Counted from the first letter of the stretch, positions 25,068-35,634 are shown. The stretch is DNA of 43,583 nucleotides from a virus (IMGVR_UViG_3300045519_000021:1-43583); one strand, 5' to 3'. Made by a program: numbers and translations. The notes: generated from the sequence alone by a model not told the origin.

Positions 25068-28000
25068 GTGCCCGTGGCTGCGCAGAACGGTTTCGATTTC
25101 GGCGCAGCCTGGGTACAGATCGTGCCCTCGCTCCGCGGAGCCAGCAAGGCCATCACCGCGGAGCTCGCCGGCATCGACGTCAAGAAGGTCGGCAAGTCGC
25201 TCGGCGGCGACTTCACCGCCGCCCTCGGCGACGGCATGAAGGCCGCGCGCAAGCACGTGAGCGACGCCGCTGCGCCGCTGCGCGACTTCGTCGCCGGCTT
25301 CCGTGATGCTCGTGCAGCGCAGTCCGCGTTCACGGGCGGCTTCGGCACCCTCGGCGGGCAGACCCGCCGCGCGCTCGACCCGATCGCGAAGCAGATTCAG
25401 AACATCACCGGCCGGTTCACGCAGGGTTTCAACGATTCCCGCGTGGCCGCGTCCACGTTCAGCGGCATCGCTGGCTCGATCGGTGGCCGGCTACGCACCG
25501 CAGTGCAGCCCGGTCTCGACGTAGTCGCACGCCTCCGCGAGGGCTTCGCGAACTCGAGCGTCGCCGCGTCGTCGTTTAGCGGCATTGCCGGCTCGCTCGG
25601 CGGCGCAGCTGCTCGCGGCGTGACCGCTGTCCGCTCGGCGGTCACATCCGTCTCTGACGTGTTCGGCAAGCTGAGCGCACGCGTGGCGCCGATCGGCTCG
25701 ACGATCAGCAGCGTGTTCTCGGCATCCGCCAGCGCCGTCGCATCGGCGTTCAACGCCGTGCGCTCGGTCGCTGGCGGCGCGCTGAGCGCAGTCGGTGGCG
25801 CACTCACCACCGCGGCCGGCCAGCTGTCGTCGCTCGCGAATAGCGCGTCCACGCTCGGCGGGCAGTTCATGACGCTCGCCACGCCGCTGCTCGCAGCTGC
25901 TGGCGCAGCATCGGCCCTCGCAGCGACGCTCGGCTTCAAGCGCCTCGTCGGCATCGACACCGCGCAGTCCAAGCTGCAGGCGCTCGGCCACTCGACCGAG
26001 TCGGTCGAGCTGATCATGGACTCGGCGCTTGCTGCGGTGAAGGGCACCGCGTTCGGCCTCGGCGACGCCGCGAACGTGGCCGCTGCGGCGGTCGCCGCGG
26101 GCGTGAAGCCCGGCAACGACCTCGAACGCACGCTCTCGCTCGTCGGTGACGCTGCGGCCATCGCCGGCGTCGACATGCAATCGATGGGCTCGATCTTCAA
26201 CAAGGTCGCGGCCTCCGGCAAGGCACAGGGCGACGTGCTCGCGCAGCTCGGCGATGCCGGCGTGCCGATCGTGCAATTCCTCGCGCAGGAGCTCGGCGTC
26301 ACCGCCGAAGAGGTCTACAAGCTTGCCTCGGCCGGTGAGATCGGCTTCGCGGACTTCCAGAACGCCCTCGAGACGGGCCTCGGCGGCGCCGCCCAGATCA
26401 TGGGCCAAACGTCGTTCGTCGGCGCATGGGACAACGTCAAAGCGGCCATCAGCCGTGTCGGTGCCGCGTTCCTCGACGCCGGCGGCGAGGGCGGCGGCTT
26501 CTTCTCGCAGCTCAAGCCGCTCATGGCCGATTTCACGGGCGCGCTCGACAACATCACCCCGAAGGCTGCCGAGCTCGGCGAGAAGGTCGGCGCGGCATTC
26601 GCGACGATGATCGAGAAGATTCGCACCGCTGTCACGTGGTGGCAGAACCTCAACCCCGAGATGCAGGGCGTCATCCTCAAGGTCGCCGGCATCGCGGCAG
26701 CGATCGGGCCCGCGCTGCTCGTGTTCGGCAAGATCACGAGCATTGTCGGTGGCGCCGTCGGCGGTATCGGCGCGCTCGCCTCGGGCTTCGGTGGTCTCCT
26801 CGGCGCCGGCGGCAAGCTGACCGGCCTGTTCACGAAGCTCGGCCCGATCATGAAGGTAGCGTTCGGGCCGGTCGGCATCATCGTCGGCCTCATCGGCGCG
26901 CTCATCGCGTCGTCGCCCGAGCTGCAAAGCTCGCTCGGCGCGGCGTTCGGCGAGATCGCGACGGTGATCGGCGAGGTCGCAGCCGCGGTCGCACCACTGA
27001 TCCAAACGTTCGTCGCGCAGCTCATGCCGGTGTTTCAGCAGCTGATCGCTGCCGTAACCCCGCTGATCACGATGCTCGCGGCGGCGCTCGTGCCGGTGAT
27101 ACAGCAGATCGCGCAGGTCGTCGTCCAACTCCTGGCGACGTTCCTGCCCGTGTTCACGCAGATCGTCGCGGTCGTGCTACCGATCGCGACGCAGATCATC
27201 AACGCGCTGATGCCGATCGTGACGCTCATCCTCGAGGCCCTCGTCCCCGTGATTCAGTGGCTGCTCGAGGTCGTGAGCACCGTGTTCGCGGCGCTCGTAC
27301 CCGTCATTCAGGGCGCGATCACCGTCGTCGGCGCCATCTTCTCAGGAATCGTCGCGTTCATCTCGGACGTTCTGGGGCCGATTTTCACGTGGCTGTACGA
27401 GAACATCATCAAGCCGATTTGGAACGCGATCTCGACCGTGATCGGCGTCTACTGGGCCGCGGTGCAGATCATTTTCACCGCGATCGTCACCGTCGTGCGA
27501 GACACCCTCGCCCCGATTTTCACCTGGCTCTACGAGAACATCATCTCGCCGGTCTGGGAGAGCATTAAGGGAGCGATCGACGTCGTCGGCGCGTGGTTCC
27601 GCGACACGCTCAGCCCCATTTTCACGACCGTTACCGATGGCATCGGTACGGCGTTCGAGGGGATGCGAGACGTCATCAAGGACGTTTGGGATGCGATCAA
27701 GAAAGCTGCGGTCGCGCCGATCAACTTCGTGATCAACACCGTATACAACGACGGCATCAAGGCGCTGATCGACGGCATCGCGAAGGGCGTCGGGCTCGAT
27801 CTGCGCATGCCCACGATCGAACCGATCGCGCTGGCCTCCGGTGGTGTCCTGCCCGGCTACACACCGGGCCGTGACGTGCACAAGTTCTACTCGCCAACCG
27901 GCGGCATGCTCCACCTCTCCGGCGGTGAGGGCATCATCCGCCCGGACGCGCTCCGCGCGCTCGGCGGTAAGCCCTGGCTCGACCGGGTGAACGCGGCACG

Positions 28001-28910
28001 CTCGAACGCCGGCCAGACCCACTTCGCCGATGGCGGTATCTGGGACTGGGCAGCGGACGCGGTGAACAACATCACCGGGTTCGTGTCCGACGTCGCCAAC
28101 AACATCGGCGCCGTCATCGCTGACCCGCTCGGCGCGATCGAACGCATCGTGCTCGAGCCCGTCAAGGACATGCTCAACAACATCGGTGGTGGCATGCTCG
28201 GCGAGGCAATCGTCGGCTGGCCCATCGCCGCAGTCAAGGGCATCGGCGAGTGGTTCAAGAAGAAGATCGACGAGATGTTCGCGCCCGGCGGCGAGGACGG
28301 CGGCTACGACCTCGTGCCTGGGGTCGGCGGTGGAATCTCCTACCAGGGCTTCCACGGTGGCCGCGCGCTCGCTCGCCTCATCCCGGTGATCCAGAAGCAC
28401 GGCCTCTACGTCACGTCGACGTGGGATACCCCTGCACGCAACGCCGCGCTTGGCCGACGCAAAAACACCTACCACGCGGACTGGATGAACCCAGCCGTCG
28501 ACATGGCAGGTACACAGTCGGCGATGTTCGCAGCTGCGAGCACCATCCGCGCGATGGGCGGCTGGCGTCAGATTCTCTGGCAAGTCGCGGGCCACTACGA
28601 CCACATCCACGTCGCTCGCGACGGTGGCGTGTTCGGTGACCTCGACGAGGAGAAGCTGCCGCCGCACTTCGACTGGCGCGCGGCATTCGGTGGCGTCATC
28701 CCGAACCTGTACGACGAGGGTGGCTGGCTACAACCCGGGCTCACGCTCGCGTACAACGCGACGGGCAAGCCCGAGCCGGTGCTCACGTCTGACCAGTGGG
28801 ATGACATGCGCCGAGGCGACGTGAACATCTACCAGAAGAACTACATGCCGACGTCTGATCCGAACGTGATCGGCGACCGGCTCGCAGCGGCTGTCGTCCG
28901 CGAGATGTGA
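25068..28910 (+). CDS. Tape measure protein with C-terminal peptidoglycan-hydrolase-like domain
   Basis: AWVQIVPS start, VKGTAFGLGDAA, amphipathic W/F repeats, ASGG and YDEGG motifs; start may be 25074. Confidence 0.93.
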   Translation: MPVAAQNGFDFGAAWVQIVPSLRGASKAITAELAGIDVKKVGKSLGGDFTAALGDGMKAARKHVSDAAAPLRDFVAGFRDARAAQSAFTGGFGTLGGQTRRALDPIAKQIQNITGRFTQGFNDSRVAASTFSGIAGSIGGRLRTAVQPGLDVVARLREGFANSSVAASSFSGIAGSLGGAAARGVTAVRSAVTSVSDVFGKLSARVAPIGSTISSVFSASASAVASAFNAVRSVAGGALSAVGGALTTAAGQLSSLANSASTLGGQFMTLATPLLAAAGAASALAATLGFKRLVGIDTAQSKLQALGHSTESVELIMDSALAAVKGTAFGLGDAANVAAAAVAAGVKPGNDLERTLSLVGDAAAIAGVDMQSMGSIFNKVAASGKAQGDVLAQLGDAGVPIVQFLAQELGVTAEEVYKLASAGEIGFADFQNALETGLGGAAQIMGQTSFVGAWDNVKAAISRVGAAFLDAGGEGGGFFSQLKPLMADFTGALDNITPKAAELGEKVGAAFATMIEKIRTAVTWWQNLNPEMQGVILKVAGIAAAIGPALLVFGKITSIVGGAVGGIGALASGFGGLLGAGGKLTGLFTKLGPIMKVAFGPVGIIVGLIGALIASSPELQSSLGAAFGEIATVIGEVAAAVAPLIQTFVAQLMPVFQQLIAAVTPLITMLAAALVPVIQQIAQVVVQLLATFLPVFTQIVAVVLPIATQIINALMPIVTLILEALVPVIQWLLEVVSTVFAALVPVIQGAITVVGAIFSGIVAFISDVLGPIFTWLYENIIKPIWNAISTVIGVYWAAVQIIFTAIVTVVRDTLAPIFTWLYENIISPVWESIKGAIDVVGAWFRDTLSPIFTTVTDGIGTAFEGMRDVIKDVWDAIKKAAVAPINFVINTVYNDGIKALIDGIAKGVGLDLRMPTIEPIALASGGVLPGYTPGRDVHKFYSPTGGMLHLSGGEGIIRPDALRALGGKPWLDRVNAARSNAGQTHFADGGIWDWAADAVNNITGFVSDVANNIGAVIADPLGAIERIVLEPVKDMLNNIGGGMLGEAIVGWPIAAVKGIGEWFKKKIDEMFAPGGEDGGYDLVPGVGGGISYQGFHGGRALARLIPVIQKHGLYVTSTWDTPARNAALGRRKNTYHADWMNPAVDMAGTQSAMFAAASTIRAMGGWRQILWQVAGHYDHIHVARDGGVFGDLDEEKLPPHFDWRAAFGGVIPNLYDEGGWLQPGLTLAYNATGKPEPVLTSDQWDDMRRGDVNIYQKNYMPTSDPNVIGDRLAAAVVREM

Positions 28911-28923
28911 TCGGAGAAGCTGC

Positions 28924-29751
28924 ATGCGAGTGTGGATTGGTGGCATCGAGATCGGCGGCGGCGCCGACCCCAATGATGACGTCATCGTCACCGACGGCGG
29001 TATCAGCGGCTGGTACGACCTCCCCGGAGTGAAGACCAGCCTCGACGACCGAGCGGGGGCGGACGGCTCGTTCCGTCCCCGCTCGGTCGTCTACTCGCCC
29101 CGCACAGCAACGTTCAACCTCGCGCACCTCGGCGACACTCGTGAGAGCGCCATCGAGGTGTACAACCGGTTCAACACGCTCGGACACAGCCTCGTGGAGG
29201 TGCGCGTCGACGACGTCGACGACACCTCCGTCGAGGGCTGGATCGAAACCAGCTTCGGCTCACGCTGGGAGAGCACGGGCCTGTTCACCGTCACGGTGAC
29301 CGCGCCCGACCCGACCCGCTACTCGACCGAAGCGCAGAACGTCACCGTCCTCGCCGGAGCCCGCCGTGGCGGCATCGACTACCCGATCGACTACCCGATC
29401 GACTACGGCAGCGACGACGGCGCAATCGCGATCGCGACCAACCGCGGCACAACCACCTCGTGGCCCGTCATCGAGGTACAGGGCACCCTCCCCGGCGGGT
29501 TCATGCTCGAGGACGGCGCCGGCCGCGTCATCGACTACACCGGCGACGTGTGGCCCGGCGCACCCGTCACCGTCGATTGCCGGCACCGCACGATCATGGT
29601 CGGCGGCGTGCCCCGAACCGAGCTCGCCACGCGCCGAGCGTGGTTCGACATCCCCGCCGGCGGCAGCCTCACCGTGTCGCTGCACCCCCGCACCGACACC
29701 CCGGTCGGACAGACCTTCGCGACGCTCATCGCCCGCGACGCCTACATCTAG
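28924..29751 (+). CDS. Distal tail (Dit-like) protein
   Basis: Follows TMP; TAPDPTRYS, YPIDYP, NRGTTTSWP. Confidence 0.8.
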   Translation: MRVWIGGIEIGGGADPNDDVIVTDGGISGWYDLPGVKTSLDDRAGADGSFRPRSVVYSPRTATFNLAHLGDTRESAIEVYNRFNTLGHSLVEVRVDDVDDTSVEGWIETSFGSRWESTGLFTVTVTAPDPTRYSTEAQNVTVLAGARRGGIDYPIDYPIDYGSDDGAIAIATNRGTTTSWPVIEVQGTLPGGFMLEDGAGRVIDYTGDVWPGAPVTVDCRHRTIMVGGVPRTELATRRAWFDIPAGGSLTVSLHPRTDTPVGQTFATLIARDAYI

Positions 29752-29762
29752 AGGAGAACCAC

Positions 29763-30656
29763 GTGTCGGTTGGTATTGGAATCAAGAAGATCGGCGACGT
29801 CGGCCGGTCGCCGCTCGACGACCGCCTCCTCGTCCGCAGCGACTACCACAACCTCGGCATCGTCATGGGTGCCGTCGTGTCGACGTCGCCGTCGGTCATG
29901 AACTTCTCGGTCGGGCCCGGCAGCGACCCGGTCTCGGTCGCCGTCGGCTCCCGCTCCGGCGCTGACGGCGCGACGAAGTTCGTCGTCCCGACCGGCACCG
30001 TCACGACGACCGCCGCGCCCTCGTCGGGCTCCCGCATCGACGTCGTCTGGGCGCGCCAGCTCGACCCCGACAAGGGCGACCCGTCGAACCAATCGGTTCT
30101 CGGCGTCACGCAGGGCGGCGCATCGGCATCGCCCTCGCAGCCGGCCATCCCGACCGGCGCAGTCATCCTCGCCGTCTACCAGATTCCCTCCGGCATCACC
30201 CGCACCTCGCAGGCCACGCTCATCGCCCGCGGCGACTACGCCATCCCGTACGGTGCATCGCTCGGCGTGCTGCACCGGTTCGTCGACACCCAATCCGGGC
30301 TCGTGACTCAGGGGCGGGTGACGCTCGGCGCGGCCACGATCAAGCTGCCGACGCCGCGCACGGTCGCGATCTCGATCGCCCCGACCGTCGCCACGCTCGA
30401 CGTCGACGCTGACGGCGTCGCGCTCTACCGCATCCTCGTGAACGGTGCCGAGGCGTTCGCGTCGCACTACCACTACCTGGGCCGCTATAGCACCGGCTAC
30501 ATGGTCTATGTCGTCGACCTCCCGGCCGGCAACACCACCATCGCCTACACCCGCGAGCACATCACCGGCGACTTGATGTACCAGCGCCACGGCGTGTTCA
30601 GCGGCCGGCAGTACCCGGGCACGACGCTGCTCGTCGAAGACCGAGGAGTTGATTAA
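29763..30656 (+). CDS. Minor tail / baseplate protein
   Basis: GAGGAG RBS + GTG; AAPSSGSRIDVV...PAIPTGAVILA. Confidence 0.75.
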   Translation: MSVGIGIKKIGDVGRSPLDDRLLVRSDYHNLGIVMGAVVSTSPSVMNFSVGPGSDPVSVAVGSRSGADGATKFVVPTGTVTTTAAPSSGSRIDVVWARQLDPDKGDPSNQSVLGVTQGGASASPSQPAIPTGAVILAVYQIPSGITRTSQATLIARGDYAIPYGASLGVLHRFVDTQSGLVTQGRVTLGAATIKLPTPRTVAISIAPTVATLDVDADGVALYRILVNGAEAFASHYHYLGRYSTGYMVYVVDLPAGNTTIAYTREHITGDLMYQRHGVFSGRQYPGTTLLVEDRGVD

Positions 30657-30658
30657 CG

Positions 30659-31816
30659 GTGTGGACGATGGAGCGGTTTCAGACGGTCGACGGGCTCCGG
30701 CTCGGCGAACTCCCGCTGGTGCCGTTCTCGTTCACCCGTACCGTGCGTGACGGGAAGATTCTCGCACCGCCGCAGAACCTCGCGAACCAGTCCTCGTCGG
30801 GCCTGCGCTGGTCGGTCGACTCCCTCGCACACCTCATCGCACGCGACCGGCCCGACTGGCAAGCCCGCCTCCGCGACCTGCTCATGCCCTCCCGTATCGG
30901 CATCATGCTGCTCTACAACGGCGTCCCGATCATCGGTGGCCCGATCGGTGACACTGTCCGCATCACCACGGTCGGGGTCGAGCTCGAGGTCGTCGGCTAC
31001 ACGCAGCTGCTGAAACAGCGCTATCTCGTGCCCGAGGATGGGTTCAGCGCGAAGAAGCAGTACCGCTGGACGAAGCTGTCGCTCGGCACGATCGCGCGCC
31101 GCATCGTCTCGACCGTGCTCGAGAAAGCCTCCGGTGCGCTCCCGATCACGTTTCTGCCCGAACGCAAAGGAACGCACGAACGCACATACCAGGCGTTCAA
31201 CGTCCCGAACCTCGACGCCCACCACCTCCTCGAGAACCTCTCGAACGTGCAGAACGGGCCCGATATCGACTTCCGGCCCGTCATCGTCGATGACCGGTAT
31301 TTCGAGTGGCAGATGCTCACCGGCACCGACGAAGACCCCTACATCGGGCAAGACGTCATCCACGACTGGGAACTCGGCTCCCCGAGCGTCGGCCAACTCT
31401 CGGCCGACCTCTCCGCCGCGCCGATCGTGCACCGCGCGTACGGCATCGGCGACGGCCAAGACGTCGGCACGTACCTCACTCTCCAGTCCATCCCTGTCCC
31501 CGCCGGCTGGCCCATCCGAGAAACGACCGTCACCGACGGCCAAATCACCAAAGAGGGCGACAAAACCGGCCGGCTCGCCGCCCTCGCCCAGGGCATGCTC
31601 AACCCCTACCCGGTACTGCAACTCTCGCTCCAAGTCCGAGCCGACGGCGTCACCCCACTCGGCAAATTCTGGCCCGGCGAAATCGCCAACGTCACCGTCC
31701 GCGACCACCCCGCGCTCGCGGATGGCACGTACCGCCTGCGCATCCTCGAGTTCTCGGGCACCGAGAGCGACATGCTCACGCTGACGTTTGACCCTCTCAT
31801 CCTCGACAACGTGTAG
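30659..31816 (+). CDS. Minor tail / baseplate hub protein
   Basis: GGPI, LENLSNVQNGPDIDFRP, WPGE...RILEFSG; start may be 30668. Confidence 0.75.
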   Translation: MWTMERFQTVDGLRLGELPLVPFSFTRTVRDGKILAPPQNLANQSSSGLRWSVDSLAHLIARDRPDWQARLRDLLMPSRIGIMLLYNGVPIIGGPIGDTVRITTVGVELEVVGYTQLLKQRYLVPEDGFSAKKQYRWTKLSLGTIARRIVSTVLEKASGALPITFLPERKGTHERTYQAFNVPNLDAHHLLENLSNVQNGPDIDFRPVIVDDRYFEWQMLTGTDEDPYIGQDVIHDWELGSPSVGQLSADLSAAPIVHRAYGIGDGQDVGTYLTLQSIPVPAGWPIRETTVTDGQITKEGDKTGRLAALAQGMLNPYPVLQLSLQVRADGVTPLGKFWPGEIANVTVRDHPALADGTYRLRILEFSGTESDMLTLTFDPLILDNV

Positions 31817-31827
31817 GAGGTTCCCTC

Positions 31828-34758
31828 GTGGTGCGGAAATACCGTGTGCGTCCGACGCTCGCGTCGATACTCTCCGGCGTGCAGGCCTCGAGCCTGCAGG
31901 GTCTCGGCCGCGCGACGACGTCGCTCGAGGTGCAGAGCCCGCACGACGCGCCCGAGGGCATCTCCGATATCCCATCCCGCAACCTCCTCGAGGACCTCGA
32001 CACGCTCGACGAGGAACTCGACGCCGCCCGGCAGCGACTCACCGACGCTGAGGAGGCGCTCGAGACATCCACCGGCGACTTCACTGAGCAATTCGAGGCA
32101 CACGAGACCGCGATCGCCGCGGCGCAGGAGCGGCTCGACGCGGCGGAGCAGGAACTCACCGACCTCGACACCGACATCACTGCCGCAGCCACCGCCGCGA
32201 CGAACGCATGGAACGCCGCGCAGACCGCAACGAACACCGCCAATACCGCGAAGGACGACGCTGACGCCGCCGGGGCGAGTGCTCTCGAGGCACTCAACAA
32301 GGCGAACGACGCTTCGGATCGCGCGTCGACCGCTGACGGCCGCTACACCGTTGCCACGGCGAACCCGACCACGGCCGACGCGATCGGTAAGCCGCTCGGC
32401 GCGGTGTGGGAAGTCCGCTCGGGCAGCATTACGCAGCGGCGCTACGTCCTCACCGGCGCGACAACGTGGACCCAGGTCAAGGTCGGCCAAGACTTCATCG
32501 GTGACAAAGCCATCGGGCGCGCACAGATGGGTGACGCCGCCATCGGCACCGCGCAGATCGGTGACCTCGCGGTCACGAACGGCAAGATCGGCGACCTCGA
32601 CGTCGGCAAACTCACCGCATCCGGAACCTCGAAGTTCCAGGCCGCAGTGATATCGACGCTGCTCGCCGACGACGCGTTCCTCACCCGGCTCTACGCCGAA
32701 CGCGTCGTCATCGCCGCGCAGCCCGTGAACCTCATCGACAACGGCGCCGGCGAGCTCGGCTCTAAGGGCGGCTGGGCGGCGCACCCCTCGCTCACATGGC
32801 AGACGACCGACGTCGCCGCCGGCGAGGCCGGCGCGTTCACCACGGCTGCCGGCATGGGCAGCATGGCCACCACCGACACCCTCAAGCCCGTCGACGGTGG
32901 CCAGCTGCTGTTCGAGGTGTGGCTCAAGGCCGACAAGCCCGGCTCCCGCATCGTATTCGAGCTGCGCAACCAGGCCGCGGCGCACGGCACCGGCAGCAAC
33001 ACCGTTCTCCCCGGCGCAACGAGCGAGAACGTCTCAACCGGCTCGTACCCGCTCGTCGTCAACCCCGTGCCAACCGAGTGGACGAAGTACCAGATCGTCA
33101 TCAACCCGCTCTCGACCACGACCCACCTGCGGCTCGGAACGACGTATTTCAACCACTCCGCCGGCACGGAACGGCAAGCGGTCATCTCGGTCGCCGGGCT
33201 GCGTCTGCGGCCTCGCACGCAGGGCGAGCTCATCGTCGATGGCTCGATCAAGGCTCGCCACGTCGCCGCGCAGGAAGTCGCGGCCGCGGTCGGTGTTTTC
33301 GTTGACGCGATGATGACGAACCTCACCTCGACCGGTGTCGCGAACCTCAACGTCGCGGCAATCAACCAGGTGTGGGCGCGTCTCGCGGTCGTCGACCGGC
33401 TCCAAGCGCTGACGTCGATCATCACGCGCGACATGCTCGCGACCGGCTCCGTCACCGCCGAGAAGATCACCGCCTCGCAAGCGTTCTTCGACAAGCTCGT
33501 CACCTCCGAGTTCGCCGCCGGCAAGCTCGGCGTCGAAATGTTCCAGCTCGGCGAAAACGCCCGCTGGACGGAACAGGGCCTCGTCTTCTACGCGCCGGTC
33601 GTGCCCGGCCAACAGGTCGACGACTGGGCCAACCGACAGCCGATCATCGTCATCAGCCCGAACGGCGACGTCTCCATCGCCGTCGCACAGGACGGTGAAG
33701 TCACGGCCGGCATGCAGTCGACCGGTGACGTGTGGGGCGGGTTCGGCAGCTTCGACGAGCTCGAGGTCGGCGGCGTTCCGTTCATCGACCACCAGGGCCC
33801 TCGTGGCCCGATGTCGGCCGTCACACTCTCTGAAAACACGACGCTCTCGACGACCGAACGCATCCTGATTCGAGACAAGTTCTCACCGCTGCCCGACCGG
33901 CTCTACCGGTTCACGGCGCGGTTGTCGCTCGGCGGCAACAACGCCGGCTACTTCGGCATCAAGTCGTCGGGGTCGACGGTCTCGATGAACAACACGAGCG
34001 TGGTCAACGAAGGTTTTGGCGCGACCGGGTCGGATACCGAAGGAAAGCTGCTCATCGCCTACGTGCCGGGCTCCTATTTCACCCCGAACGCGGACGGCGA
34101 GACAGAGATCGGCTACACGGGTCGCGTCAAGTCGGGCACGACACCGCTCTACGCAGGGTCGGGCACCACCGACGCACTCAGTGGCACCTACTTCCTCATC
34201 GAGGACGCTGGCCCGGACATCCCATTCGACGTCGCAACCGCGACGACGCCCGCGAACACCACGCCGGCGCCACCGACGAAGAAGCAATACACCAAGACGT
34301 ACACCGCCAGCGGCGTGCGCGGCTACCGGGCCTCCGGCTCGCAAGCAGGTGACCCGCGCATCCTCATCGCTGGTTCCGCGTTCGGTGCAGCGATGTCGGA
34401 GCGGCTCGTGTTCTCGATGCCGGACGCGTTCTACTCCGACCTGCAGGGCGCGACGATCAAGTCGGCAAAGATCACGGTTCGGTGCACGCAGGTCTACTCC
34501 TCGAAGACGAACATCTCGTTCTACGTCGGAGTGACACCGACGAACGGGCTGCCCGCGACGATGCCGTCGTTCACGAACACGAACGAAGGTGCGATCACAA
34601 ACGGTCAGACGAAGACCTACACGGTACCGTCGGGCTATTTCGCGGCTATCATCTCGGCACGTGGCCTCACCGTCACGCCGAAATACGCGGGCTCGCTCTC
34701 GTCCTACGGCTATTTCGATAAGGGCGCGACGAAGATCACCGTCACCTACACGAAGTAA
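31828..34758 (+). CDS. Tail fibre / central host-recognition protein
   Basis: Coiled coil, AIGxAQ repeats, CBM-like NLIDNG domain, LIVDGSI and ITAEKI motifs, beta-rich C-terminus ending KITVTY. Confidence 0.82.
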   Translation: MVRKYRVRPTLASILSGVQASSLQGLGRATTSLEVQSPHDAPEGISDIPSRNLLEDLDTLDEELDAARQRLTDAEEALETSTGDFTEQFEAHETAIAAAQERLDAAEQELTDLDTDITAAATAATNAWNAAQTATNTANTAKDDADAAGASALEALNKANDASDRASTADGRYTVATANPTTADAIGKPLGAVWEVRSGSITQRRYVLTGATTWTQVKVGQDFIGDKAIGRAQMGDAAIGTAQIGDLAVTNGKIGDLDVGKLTASGTSKFQAAVISTLLADDAFLTRLYAERVVIAAQPVNLIDNGAGELGSKGGWAAHPSLTWQTTDVAAGEAGAFTTAAGMGSMATTDTLKPVDGGQLLFEVWLKADKPGSRIVFELRNQAAAHGTGSNTVLPGATSENVSTGSYPLVVNPVPTEWTKYQIVINPLSTTTHLRLGTTYFNHSAGTERQAVISVAGLRLRPRTQGELIVDGSIKARHVAAQEVAAAVGVFVDAMMTNLTSTGVANLNVAAINQVWARLAVVDRLQALTSIITRDMLATGSVTAEKITASQAFFDKLVTSEFAAGKLGVEMFQLGENARWTEQGLVFYAPVVPGQQVDDWANRQPIIVISPNGDVSIAVAQDGEVTAGMQSTGDVWGGFGSFDELEVGGVPFIDHQGPRGPMSAVTLSENTTLSTTERILIRDKFSPLPDRLYRFTARLSLGGNNAGYFGIKSSGSTVSMNNTSVVNEGFGATGSDTEGKLLIAYVPGSYFTPNADGETEIGYTGRVKSGTTPLYAGSGTTDALSGTYFLIEDAGPDIPFDVATATTPANTTPAPPTKKQYTKTYTASGVRGYRASGSQAGDPRILIAGSAFGAAMSERLVFSMPDAFYSDLQGATIKSAKITVRCTQVYSSKTNISFYVGVTPTNGLPATMPSFTNTNEGAITNGQTKTYTVPSGYFAAIISARGLTVTPKYAGSLSSYGYFDKGATKITVTYTK

Positions 34759-34766
34759 TCGATCGC

Positions 34767-34808
34767 AACGACGAATGCGCCCACCAGCTGGGCGCATTCG
34801 TCGTTTCA
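34767..34808 (+). terminator. 17-bp perfect hairpin between tail and lysis modules
   Basis: AACGACGAATGCGCCCA-CCAGC-TGGGCGCATTCGTCGTT. Confidence 0.65.
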
Positions 34809-34821
34809 CAAAGGAATCACA

Positions 34822-35625
34822 ATGAGTTTCAGCGTCGATAAAGTCATCGATCAAATGAACCGAGGCCGACCGTATTTCAATTGGAATCAGGAATGTGAAC
34901 GCCTAATTTGGTATGGCATCTGGGCGCACACCGGCAGCCAGGCACATCGCTCCTACTCCTCGGCGACGCTCGACTACCGCGCCTCCCGCATCGACGGCAC
35001 CGACCCGTACGCCGCCCCGCGCGGCGCCGTGCACTTCTGGGAGTGGTACCCCGACGGGCACGTCGGCTGGTCGCTCGGCAACGGGCTCATTTTCATGACC
35101 GGCGACTCGAAGGCCGTGTCGCGCCGTCTCGACCGGGGCGGGTCGATCAACTACGGCACCGTCGATTTCAACGATTACCAGCGCCGCAAGGGGCACAAGT
35201 ACCTCGGCTGGACCCGCTCCGCCGGCGGGCGACCCTCGCTCGTCTCGAAAACCTCGGGCACCTCGCCCGCAAAACCCACTCCAAAGGAGGATGACGTGGT
35301 CACGAAGGCAGAGATCGCAAGCATCGCCGAGGCCGCGGCCGCGGCCGTCTGGCGCTACGAAATGGAGGGCGGGAAGAAACTCCCGACCGGTGGGCAGATT
35401 CCCACCGAGACGGCAGGTGAGCGACTTCGCCAGGCCCGGCGCTCCACGAACGGGCTCATGGGTCGCACCCTCGACACCCAGGCCGAGATCAAGGCCCTGC
35501 GAGCCGCCGTCGAGACGCTCGCGAAAGCGAACGGGCTCGACCAGGACGCCGTCCTGAAACGCATCGACGGAGCGCTCAAGGACGCGCTCGCCGGCCTCGA
35601 AATCACACTCACCACGAGCGACTAG
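34822..35625 (+). CDS. Endolysin, Cys/His (NlpC/P60- or CHAP-like) peptidase
   Basis: ECER...APRGAVHFW...GHVGWSLGNG...YLGW; Pro/Lys linker; upstream of membrane genes. Confidence 0.78.
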   Translation: MSFSVDKVIDQMNRGRPYFNWNQECERLIWYGIWAHTGSQAHRSYSSATLDYRASRIDGTDPYAAPRGAVHFWEWYPDGHVGWSLGNGLIFMTGDSKAVSRRLDRGGSINYGTVDFNDYQRRKGHKYLGWTRSAGGRPSLVSKTSGTSPAKPTPKEDDVVTKAEIASIAEAAAAAVWRYEMEGGKKLPTGGQIPTETAGERLRQARRSTNGLMGRTLDTQAEIKALRAAVETLAKANGLDQDAVLKRIDGALKDALAGLEITLTTSD

Positions 35626-35634
35626 GGGCCGATC

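Noticed and set aside
25280-27700. Internal repeats in the tape measure gene
   Set aside because: Ordinary TMP periodicity
29374-29408. ATCGACTACCCG tandem repeat
   Set aside because: Encodes the YP-type repeat usual in Dit proteins
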